Positions 24,908-36,218 of a stretch of DNA of 64,000 nucleotides are shown piece after piece. The DNA is from Utricularia gibba. Taxonomy: Eukaryota > Plantae > Magnoliophyta. A program made the translations under genes and the position numbers. The DNA lies in NCBI GenBank assembly GCA_002189035.1, contig NEEC01000009.1, forward strand, positions 682,001-746,000, written 5' to 3'. The notes beneath the pieces are model-generated. The model ran no database searches. It worked only from the letters and a program-made list of their open reading frames with translations, and was not told the DNA's origin. The stretch's first letter is position 1, and every line of letters begins with the position of its first letter.

Positions 24908-26956
24908 CTACTTCAGTTCATATATCCACCCCATTTTATCTTCAGTCAGTCCCATCTGTAGTGAGGTGAGAGCCGAGTAAAGCTGCTGCGACACCCGGCC
25001 GACACCGGCATCTCCGTAAGATACCCTACAGCAATATCAAGGGAGGAATGAAATGAGATGCCCTCTTCAAGAATCAAGTCTAAAGTACTTCCAAATGTCC
25101 ATTTTTTGTAAGGTGAAGGAATCTGAGCTGCTAACCTTTCACCGAGGTACGTTATGCTTCCGACCGGTGAGACCACAACTGCAGTTCCTGTGCAGAAAAC
25201 TTCATCAGCAGCAAGAAGTTCTTCAATCGGCACCTGGCGCTCCTCCACCTTCAGGGTCACAGCAGAACACCATGTGTGAGACGTGAAGTATCCACTTAAC
25301 TGTCTAAGAGAACACATACCTGGAATCCTTGGCTCTTTGCAACATCGATGATGCTCTTACGAGTGATGCCTGGAAGGATGGTACCCTTGATTTCAGGAGT
25401 AGCAATCAGATTGCCCTGAAAAGGAAAATGTGTAACCTCAAATAACTGCTTGATGAACACGCCCTGCTGCTGCATCATATAGTATGAGTAGTTTCACCTT
25501 CACAACAAACACGTTGCAGGATGAAACTTCTTCCAAGTACCTATTGTGAATGCTGTCCAAGTAGAGAACATCAGAAAAACCTTTTGCTTTTGCAGCACTC
25601 TGTGCCATTAGAACCTGTAAGTTTTACAAGAGAATCAGTAAAATAAGGACACAGACTACCTTTTGCAGGAAACATATCACAGGCGCACGATGCATTTCAC
25701 TCACCGGGGCATAATTTCCGATGGTCTTCACTGCCCCAGTGCCTCCAGGAGTTGCACGATGCATTTCAGTTTCAACTATCAGGTTTATTGGTGCCAATCC
25801 TTCCTGGAAATAAAGCAGATATGATGGAGCTCAGGCAAAAGAACGTTTTCAATGCTTAAAAAAAGAGGTCGATGATCTAATAAAGCTGAGATGTTGCCTT
25901 GAAATAGTTCCCAACAGGTGATACATAAATCAGAAACGTGTACTCAGGAGCCGGTGCAAGGCCAAGAACAGCTCCACTTCCCATAAGCAAAGGTCTGATG
26001 TACAGGGAGCCTTTACCAGGTGGGGGAATCTGAAGAATGTTTTAAAAAAAGTAAATGAGCACTTGATGCAACCTAACCACAACATAATGTAAACACATTC
26101 GACTGATGAAACATACCCATCTTTCATTAGCTAGAACAGTGGCTTTCACTGCCTCAATGAAATCCTCCACTGTTGGCGCAGGCATGCACATACGCTCCGC
26201 ACCATTCCTAAGTCGACGAGCATTTTCCGCAGGGCGAAACAGTAAAATATTCCCATCATGCTTTCTGTAAGCTTTCAATCCCTCGAATAATCCCTAAGAA
26301 TGATGCGTTACGCAGAGGGAAATTTGGCAGCTTATTTAATTGAGGGAAAATCAACAAAGAGAAGCAAGAAAACCAACCTGTCCATAATTCAAAATTCCAG
26401 CAGATGGGCTCAATTCGATGTTTCCAAAAGTTTGCAAATCACCTTTACAAAAGGTTTCACCTTTGCGACACTTGGTCACGTACATGTAATCGGTCGGCAT
26501 AAGCGAGAAACCCAGATTGTCCCAATCAATGTCAGGCAATTGTAATGGTGCACTGCAGTAAAAGAAATCACACCACAGTTCTCAAAGTCCACATGGGTAG
26601 ACAAGAAAACTAGAACAATCTCGAGCCATCACATGAATCCGCAAACCCACCTGGAAACCGAGCCCACTCGACAACACATTACATTGCCATTTCGGCGGCC
26701 ACTGTGAAAAGCCAAGCCCTGTAACACCAAAAGAGAAAAACACGATTCCGAAGGAACCCATGAAAACATGAACTCAAAAGAAGCAACGGGGCAGTTCCCC
26801 ATGCCACCGGAAGAATAAAAAAATGACCTTGCGCGAAACAGAATTCAAAGAGAAGAGCTTCCTGGAGATGGATGAAGGAGAAGCAATCATAAAAGAATGA
26901 AGATGATGAAAAGTAGGATTTTCACGTGCGCCGGCAGTCAAACAAGCAGCCTCCAT
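24908..26956 (-). CDS. BCAT: Branched-chain amino-acid aminotransferase, plastid type (BCAT3/5-like)
   Basis: Transit-like MEAACLT..., [30 protein letters not shown]...[58 protein letters not shown] and end [12 protein letters not shown] intron donor at 25896-25897. Confidence 0.93.
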
Positions 26957-27790
26957 CTCCGACTCCGAATCCCAACCTCTTGATCCCTGGCCGCACTATA
27001 CACGAGAAATGAGGAACCTCTCTTCCCCCGCCGGCTGGCGCAGCACACCAAACACCCAACACACTAACAGCAAAACCTCAAATCAGTAACTAAAACACGG
27101 CGTCTTACCCGCCGTTGCAAGGTGATTAATTTCGGAAAGAAGCCAATAAGCTGACCGCATTAACTTCAATTACCGTAAAATACCATCAACTAAAACAAAA
27201 ATTAAAAAAAATCCTCCACAATTAAATTTATCGAATTTGATAAGATATTTAATTTGAAATATAAATAAAATTAAACTAGACATAAGTTAAAAATAGAAAT
27301 ATATTTTTGTAAAAGAATATATTTTAAAAACATTATTTCCATGTCTGATATGAAATTTAATAATTAACTAAATGCATATGATTAATTGTTTTACCATTAA
27401 TAAATGATTAAATAAGAAAACGATCATTTATAAATGAATATCGTAATTAAAAAAAAGTGAAAAATCGGAGAGACGGGCAGCCGACCCGGCTCAGTGATAA
27501 CCCTATTTGGGTTGCCGTTTCATTCTCTCGGCCCAAATAAAAAACTTTGCTTTTTTTATTTTCCTACGAATCCAAGTTACGGGTACGAACCCCAACCCAT
27601 GACTCCAGTCGTTTTCTTCTTAGATTGAATTAGTATCCAATGGCATCATTAAAATTTGGGACCGCAAACTGCTGATTCATGGAATTAAAATATATAATAA
27701 CTTTACAAAATAATTTTAAATTTATTGCATGTATACATTATGAACCACCAAAGGAAAAAATTAACAAAAATTGGAATCAATTTGATTCCC

Positions 27791-27807
27791 TTAGGGCGTG
27801 TTTGGTT
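27791..27807 (+). mobile_element. Solo PIF/Harbinger (Tourist-like) terminal inverted repeat
   Basis: TTA followed by GGGCGTGTTTGGTT matches the recalled Tourist TIR pattern and TTA target site. No partner TIR was seen. Confidence 0.35.
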
Positions 27808-28935
27808 TGGTAGTTTTGGTGAATTTTCACATGGATTTATGGATAAATTCACGTTCTCTATGCGGGTTTGAGACAAGTGAAAATACATCACATCCACTTA
27901 TTACCTACACATTTGGCAAGAACTCTTCGACTTACTGCCTGTACACTTGGCAGTAACTCATCAGACTGGATTTACTTAAACCGAGGGAAGGAGATGGATT
28001 TAAGTAGACAAGAGTTTCAACGTCCAAGAATAATGTAAAGGAAGTGAATAAAGTTCAATTTTTACACAAACTCCAGAGAATTTTCTCGCCTCTCCTTGGC
28101 TCCGTCAATGATTCAAAGGTTCATGTTTTCTCCTCCTCGTTTTCGTCATATATTTCTACCCAAAAAACCCTTATGGTTGATGGGATTGCCCTCTTTTTGT
28201 TACGTACCTTGACCACATCTTTCTGACTGTAGTGATATACATGTCTCTTTTCAGGATAATTTCTGATCGATCTCGGACTAAGCATGCAGATGACAATCCC
28301 ATGTTGTCTAGCATCTTGTCGGATGGGCGTTTGACAACAGTCTACATGGAGCTCACTCATCAGCAACAGCGGGAAGCTTATCATGTCATCCTCACCCTTG
28401 ATCCTTATCGGATGTTCTACTTCTCCTTTTCGAAACAAAATATTTTAAAAATTTAATCCAATCTGTTGTCAAAATTCAATGTCCCAAAGCATCCAATGGA
28501 ATGAAGTGGAAACAAACCTTTTGGTGATTGGGGTGAGGGGGACCAGGAGGCAGGGATTCGTGCCACCGAAGTATTCTTCTTGACCACGTCGACTCATCTG
28601 AAATCAAATAACAAGTATAATATTATTAAAGGGAACAAAATATTCCCAAATCATTTATGCCCCCAGTTAAATATTCCAAATGTTTAATCGAATATTATGA
28701 CGAGGATGAACAGCACCAGGCTCCAGGAATGAAATCATCGCCACGTATGTATGCATCTTGTCCAAAATAACTTCCCCTGTCGGTTAAAAAAAGAAGGGGT
28801 GTCAGCAAAGGTGTCGCCGTGTCCTGGTTCACATTAGTCAACAGATAACCTGTGTCAGTCCGTGTCGTTTTTTGGGTTCTGATATCAGACTCATCGCACT
28901 TCGCTTCTCCTGTGAATCATTCATTATTAATAATC

Positions 28936-29960
28936 ATGGAAAAGGCGCCCACCTACAAAATCCCCGCCCCGCCTCGCCATTCCTCCTGCGAAAAAGACCA
29001 CAATTTCAGACGAATGGATTTCGGCGAAAACGTTCTGGCCTTGGACCTGGGATTGACCTTCTCGCCGCCGGAGACGAAGCCTAAGAAATCCACGCCCGCG
29101 GAGGTATTGAAGGAGCGTGAACCAGCCTTGGCTCTCAGTCTCTCCGGTGAGAGCTACTGTGTGTTTCCCACGGAGAGATCCGGTGACAGGAAAATGAGAG
29201 CAAGGGGCTTGTATACACAAGAGAGTGTAATGAGGGAGAGGTTGATCACCGGAGGGGATAAAGCGGACAAAACAGAGAGGATTTCATCCAGAGTGAGCGA
29301 TGAAGATGACGACGGATCCAACAGCAGGAAAAAGCTTCGTCTCACTAGGGCGCAATCCGCGCTTTTGGAAGAAAGCTTCGGGCAACAGAGTACTCTAAAT
29401 CCTGTAATCCGATGGATCTCGCTTTTCCTATCAGATCACAGAGAAATTGCAATATCTTCCCCTGTTTCTAATACACTCGCGTTGAATCTCAGATTCAGAA
29501 GCAAGACCTCGCTCGGGAACTCAAACTGACTCCGAGACAGGTTGAAGTCTGGTTCCAGAACAGGAGAGCTAGGTAACTGATCCAAATTCAATTTCCCCAA
29601 TTCCTATCCAATTTTTCTCGCAGAGCCTACAATTGACGGAAATCGACGTTGTAGAACGAAGCTGAAACAAACCGAAGTCGATTGCGAGCTTCTCAAGCAT
29701 CTCTGCGAATCCCTGACGGAAGAAAACCGACGGCTGCAGCAGGAATTACGTGATCTGAAGGCGATCCACTCCGCTCAGCCCCTGTACGTACAGTTTCCGG
29801 TGGCCAGCCTCACGATGTGCCTGTCCTGCGAGAGAAGGGGCCCGCCTCCACCGCAGCGGCGGTACCAGAAACCGCCGTCAAGAGTTCGTTCCTCATTGCC
29901 GCCGCCCCAAAGCAGCGGTTGCCCAATCCTTCCGTCAGCAGGGTGTTCATTAATCACTAG
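28936..29960 (+). CDS. HD-Zip class II transcription factor (HAT22/HAT9-like), 3 exons (28936-29403, 29493-29572, 29655-end)
   Basis: EAR-like LDLGL and [45 protein letters not shown] and LTMCLSCE. As read it ends at 30012; +1 at G-run 29837-29840 gives a family-like tail [18 protein letters not shown] ending at 29960. Confidence 0.92.
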
Positions 29961-30994
29961 AAAACGTGAAGACGGTTGTAGAGTACGTATTTTTAGTGGC
30001 ATGGAGCCATAACCGAACCTATTTTTTTGGTTCGGAGTGCGGCTCGCAGATGCTTCGAAAAGGTTAATACCAACAAGACAAGTACTTTACTAAATAAAAA
30101 TCATCATTCTTAATGCTCCATAATTGGGCCGGAGGTAAGATTATTTGGGCCTCAACACTCTCCGTGTAATAGTTAATTAATGGGCTTTGGCCCAAATTTT
30201 GTTAGTCAACTACCCAATTCATTATAATGACCTAAAGCCCGAAATGGTGAGGCCTTTGTTTCAACTGGGCTTTTTATTTTTGGATGAGGAGATGGGTTTA
30301 TGATTAATCAATTAATAAAAATTAATAATTATAAATTTATCGGTGAAACGAAAATGATTCAGGAATCTGATTTCGGGGGCTCTTCTCACGATATACTTTT
30401 CAATCGCAATTTGTTGTCGGGAGCGCTGTCCTTCAATCAATCATAAGGGGAATTTTGTCTTTTGCTGATTACTCCCCTCATTGTTTTTTTTGGTGAGTTT
30501 GAATTTCGGATTCTGTGTGTGAATCTCGTTGCGCATCTGGTTTCGTATCAATTCTACCTTGCGATTGCTTGCTCGCTGGGTATTGTATTTATTTTGAATT
30601 TCCATGTTTTGTGTTGGGTGATTCATTGTTGTGCGATAGGGTATGGTGAGGATTTGTTATCTAGAACAAAGTATGCATTTTGTGGGCTGTTGGTATGTTT
30701 GTTTTGATTGGTGTGTGGGGTAGTCCTGCCTCAGATTGGAGTTCTGGCTGTTAAGAGTATTCAAACCTTAGATTGGTTTCTTGTGGTGTGGATGTCGAAT
30801 GAAACGGATGTGGAATAGTGAGGAATGGGGGTTTTGCCGCGGAAAAGTGTTCTAGGCTTTTTATTTTCTTGCTCCGATGTTGCAGTTTAATCAATAACGT
30901 TGATGCCACTTAGCAAGGTTAAGTTTTTTCATTTGTGTCGTAGGTTAACGATTTCTATAGAGGGCATCTTGATTGGTGTTTCTGAAATTTACGG

Positions 30995-32147
30995 ATGGAG
31001 TTGGATCCCATCAAAGATGCGTTTGATCGTGTGACAAAAAAACAGAAACTTGCATCCTCAAAATGTCAAGAAATACTTCAAAAGATTGAAGAGGAAATAG
31101 CACAAGTCATGTCAACAATAAAGTCAGAGGAGGATCCTGCATCTGATCATAAATCGGTGCTCAGTGGTCTGAATGTAAGATTGAAAACACTGGATCTGGT
31201 TAGTCAGCTTGAAGGGGCCCAAAAAGAGTTGAATGTTGCGGCCAGCAAGTACGCAAAGCTCCTTGAGAAATCCTTCAATCCTGATATTTCGAAAGCATAC
31301 CGTAATGTGGACTTTGATGCCCACCTAGTGAACCAAATCATTGCAAACCACTTCTACAGAGAGGGTCAATTTGACCTTGGTGATTGCTTTATTGATGAGG
31401 CTGGTGAACCTGAGGCGTTGGCTCGGAAGTCGCCCTTTTTGGAACTATTTCAAATTATGGAAGCCATGAGATCTCGGGACCTGGAGCCTGCTATCAACTG
31501 GGCCACAAGGCATCGTCAGCAGTTGATGGAGAATGATTCAAACATTGAACTGAAACTTCACCGCTTACAGTTTGTGGAAATCTTGCAGAACAAGAGTAGA
31601 GAAGAGGCATTGAAGTATGCAAGATCAGTTTTTGCTCCGTTTGCTGAGAAACACATGTCTGAAATCCAAAAGCTTATGGCTTGTCTGTTATGGGCCGGCA
31701 AGCTTGATTCATCTCCATACGCTGAATTGCTGTCCTCTGTACACTGGGATAAACTTTCTGAGGAGCTCAAGCGGCAATTCTGCAATCTCATGGGACAATC
31801 TTATGATTCTCCCCTGAGTGTGACGGTTGCAGCCGGTTTTCAGGCATTGCCAGTTCTCCTGAAGCTGATGAACGTTATGTCAGGAAAGAAACAGGAATGG
31901 CAGAACATGAAACAATTTCCTGTCCCCATGGATTTGAGTACCGAGTTCCAGTTCCATTCCATATTCGTGTGCCCGTTAGCCGTGATCAAGCAACCGAGGA
32001 AAACCCCCCATGTTACTGCCTTGTGGACATGCTTTGTGCAAACAATCCATCACCAAGCTGTCCAAAAACAACAACACTCGACCTTTCAAGTGCCCCTACT
32101 GCCCCTCCGAAGTCGAAGCAGGTCAGTGCAAGCAGTTATTTTTCTGA
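30995..32147 (+). CDS. RMD5: RMD5/GID2 homolog (LisH-CTLH-CRA-RING E3 subunit), single coding exon
   Basis: MELD.IKDAFDRV.KKQK, IIANHFYR.G.F..GDCF, LELKLHRLQF, FQFHSIFVCPVSRDQA.EENPPMLLPCGH and FKCPYCP. Two -1 indels at C-runs 31972-31974 and 32004-32009. Confidence 0.92.
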
Positions 32148-32682
32148 TACCTGCAGCTGCATCTCACAACCCAAATGCACCGCCATGTGGCATTGTACCT
32201 CCTATGTAGATTGTGTGTCATTGTATTGTTGCTGGAATTGGGAAGTTTGATGGCATATCATCTTGTAAATGTACCCTATGCTCTTTATTAACCGTTACTT
32301 GATCTCCAACTCTATAGCGCCTGGCGTCACATGTGTAAAAAGAGAGCATACACTTTTTTTTTCCCAGAGCCTGAGCTCCAGTACAGGGGTCAAAGGCGGT
32401 GTTTCGAAACTTTAGATTGGAAGTTAATAGATATCTTATACTCGTGTCATCGAGTGGTGGGCCTTATCACAGATGAGCAGCAGAAAACATGTCAACAATT
32501 GTAGAGTAAATAGTAGATCACACATTCAGGCACTTGAAATCTAAGTAGAAGGAAGTTGATAACTTCACATAACAAACAGGGGCACTTGGTGTATAACCAT
32601 CGTACCATAACTAAACTCAAGACGGAAAAATTCACAAGGTTTCAGAGCAGCGGCTCTTTTCACCATGGAAGACAGCATGTGT

Positions 32683-34295
32683 CTACTTCCGGTTCTGCTC
32701 CTTCTCCACCACCGCTGGGGCTGTGACAGAAATAAAGCACTGGGATAAGCACATTTCCCAAAAGTTCCCAGTTTGTGAGGGCAAGGACAGGAATAAGAGG
32801 CATTCCATTAGAGCCTGGGGCTGATCTTTTCCTTTTCATATTTTAAAACAAGATATGGGGCTGGTCCGGCCAACTCAAACTGAGGTGAACTGAGTTTCGT
32901 GCTAGAAAGTGAAAATCTTGATATAAAAAACATCTAAGAGGTAAATCTTACCTAGTCCAATTGCATCAGATCCCTTCATAATTTTCAGCCTCTTGCATGA
33001 AGCAATGAACATCCTGTATCAATCCATCAGTAGGGTGAGTTCACAGCCGGTCAGTTTTCATGAAAGGTTTTCTTAAATGATAGAAATATGGTACTCATTT
33101 TATACCCAATTTTTAGCTATAAACCAAGCAGGAAATGAAACACATGCTAAATGACTTACTCCCAGGGGACATCACCAACAAGCATCCAGTCACCATCCTT
33201 GTCTTCATATGTCAGCACAAATTCTGAACCATGTAAATCCCTTGACTTACTCTCGGACAGTATTTTCCCGTTTGGTGCCACTGGGGATACATATTGCCCT
33301 AAAACAAGAAAGACATCGTGGTGTCTCCTTCAAGAAAGAAGCAATGAAGGAGTATACGTACCCGTAATAAAGCAGCTGAACATCTTCTCCAAAGCAGAGG
33401 AAAGGTCTTGATATGCAGAAAACATCCTCAAATCTACTTTCCGGAGGTATGGGGCACCATCCATGCTGACCTTAACAAAAAGAGATCCAGGACCTAGTTC
33501 ACCGTCTACTTCATCATTGTTTTTGGAACTTGTTCCAAGGGTATTTTTCCAAAATGACCGAACAGGAGGCCAGCCAACGATCTGTGCCCTGTTGAAAAAA
33601 AAAAATTGAAAGTCGAAGATTCACTAGTGTTCATCTAGGGTATTAAGTTACTAATCACAACGCAAATTAAGCCTTTCATTACTGTTCATTACTCACTTCG
33701 CAGCAGGGGCAGCATTGCTGCTAGAATCATTTATCTTTTCATTACCATCCTTTGATGCTTCAATCTCAGTCTTTACTGCTGCAGGAGTTGCACACTCAGC
33801 ATTAGACATCAAGCTTCCAGGTGTCTTTGGTTGTCCAGCATCAGAGCCGGGAGCACTAAAAATCCAACTTCCCTCGGAAAAAACAGCACTTCTGGGTTCA
33901 GTGAACCCATCCACTGTGTCAGAAAATCCTCTTTTGTTTCCAGAAACAATTTGCTTCTGCAACAAAGAGCAGATCCCATCCTTCGAGGGAATCAAGGGGA
34001 ACAGCTGCTTCTCATCAAGTTTCACTGAGCTGAACAGGTTAAAATCGGAATTATGTTCTGGAGATTGGGATCCTGGAAGACTGAGTCTCAGCTCAGTGGC
34101 CTTGAGATTCAGGCAGCTCTTGTTTTCCTCGGGTGAGGCAGAAACTGAAGAGCTGCCCACAGAAGAACATTCAGACAATCCAAGGTAATTCCTTTCCTTC
34201 AATCCCGATGAATCAGAGTCAGCAGATGCTGGGGAAACCATCAGAGAAACATTGCACAGACCATGCCCCCCTACCCCCACAACTGGCGGAGACAT
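32683..34295 (-). CDS. IAA9: Aux/IAA repressor, IAA8/IAA9 clade, 5 coding exons plus a 5'-UTR intron
   Basis: MSPP.., [13 protein letters not shown], domain [18 protein letters not shown], degron [43 protein letters not shown] and [15 protein letters not shown]. Confidence 0.93.
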
Positions 34296-36132
34296 CAAGT
34301 TAAAGAAACCAAGATGCAAGCCTGCACAAGCAAGACGATTCAATATTATATGCTGAAGACATATGAATGAGAATTTTGATAGGCAGAAAGCTGAATCCAC
34401 ATTTGAAAATCGATCCTAGTCCTTAACAGTTACAGTACATCGGCGCTCAAAAATAAGCCTATCAAGGATAAAATAAAAAGAAAACACGGGCACCATATCG
34501 CAAGAATAAAACAGGAAAAGCTAAAGATGAAATCAAACAGTTGTAATTTACATACATACAAAAAAAAACAATAAGTTTTCAACTTTTACATTGAAGTATT
34601 CCATCAACCTGCGAACTATTAGAAGAAATCAATCAAGAAACAGCATTCGACGACAAAGAAACCAACAACCCAGAGAAACCATCAACCCCCCAGCTAGAAC
34701 AAACGAGAAAACCAGATGATTTCGCAAACCGACCACCACAGGATCTGAGCTCTCAACCCACAAAGACAGCCCTCTTCACCCAATTTCTTCTGTAGCAAAG
34801 AAGCTCACCTGAAACGCAATCCTGAAGCTCAACAGCGGCCCACGCCCACAAATGGAAATGAAGAATTTCGAGGCAAGAGAAACAACCTAAACCTTAAAGA
34901 GACTTGCGCTTTAAGGTCCTTAAACTAAGTTTAAAAGGCAAAAAAGGGCGTCCATGCGTTGATGTGCGTGAGAGAGAAGCAGTAGCTGCGCCTTCTCTCC
35001 ATACATATATCGATGGCCAAGAAGAGGAACAGCAGCACAAAGAGTGAAAATTAAAGGCATGTAGGGGCATTACTGGAATTTCGTAGATGTTCCACACCAA
35101 CGGCTGGGATTCATTCCCGTAGTGGATTCTCAGCCGTCGATCAGGTTATTATTAATATGTCTTCAGCATATAATATGTCTTCAGCATATAATATTATATT
35201 AAAAAAATCCTATTTTGTAATTTTTTGAATCGTCTTAAGCTATATTATATTTAATGTCTTTATATATTATAAAAATCCTATTTTGTAATTTTTGTAAATA
35301 CATATTAAATATAAGCTATATTAAAAAATCGTGTTAAATTAATTATTATTGATTTGTAATTTTTATATATTTAATTATTTTAGTTTAATTTTCAGATGTG
35401 AAATTATTTGTTTTTAATATCCCTTAACTTTAACTAATTTTTGATTCGTTTAATTTTTTTTTTTTTGTGATTGTAGTTAATCTTTAGCTCATACCATGAT
35501 CTTATTTTGTTAGCTAAACATAAAATACTTCTTTTTTTATGTATAAATGTAAATAGTGTTCTGATTATAAATCAATATAATTTTATCTTTTAAATCCAAC
35601 CTATTTCCTTCTTCTATTTATACAATCACTCATACTAATACGAAACCTATGTTTGCCACTCAAATTGTATCACAAGATAAACGCTTTGATAACATGATGA
35701 ATTGAGATAAGAACAAAGCTTCGAGAATCAAGAAACTATTTCCTTCTTTTGATTTGATAAGTTTTATAGATATAAAGAAATCTAAATAAAAAAATCTAGC
35801 AAATATTGTGTAATCTTGATCACAAGATCCTATAATCACATATCTGGTCCTCGATAGTTTTTCCCTTAATATCACTAGTGCGTGTTATCTAGTATCAATT
35901 TATTTGCAATGAAAGGAATAATATTTTAAATTATTTTTTGCAAAACATATTTATCAAATATAATTTTAATTATCATCATAACCGCAACTTTCGTAAATTC
36001 CCCACTCGCCCACCACCCACTTCGATAAACCTGGTGAGATCTAAGGGCAAAACGGGGAAACCAGGCCAACCTCATCAGGGTAAAGATGATTTGTTTTAGG
36101 GGGGACAGGAAGGCGGCAACAAGGCTTCCCTT

Positions 36133-36218
36133 TGTCGGGGGCCCCACACCACCAAAAAAATATTCTTAAAACAATAATTTAACAAAGCACTACACCGACA
36201 CCGACACCGACAACGACA
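36133..36218. promoter_or_regulatory. Cluster of TGTCGG/CCGACA auxin-response (or DRE-core) elements and a TCP-type site upstream of the IAA gene
   Basis: TGTCGG at 36133 overlaps GGCCCCAC. (CCGACA)x3 plus ACGACA at 36195-36218. Confidence 0.5.

Noticed and set aside
27108-27160. Upstream ATG plus donor 5' of BCAT as an N-terminal extension
   Set aside because: Splicing to the nearest acceptor is out of frame with the main ATG, so it is at most an unverified uORF.
35101-35136. 15-bp imperfect hairpin CGGCTGGGA...TCTCAGCCG
   Set aside because: Too short for a pre-miRNA and typical of palindromic promoter elements.
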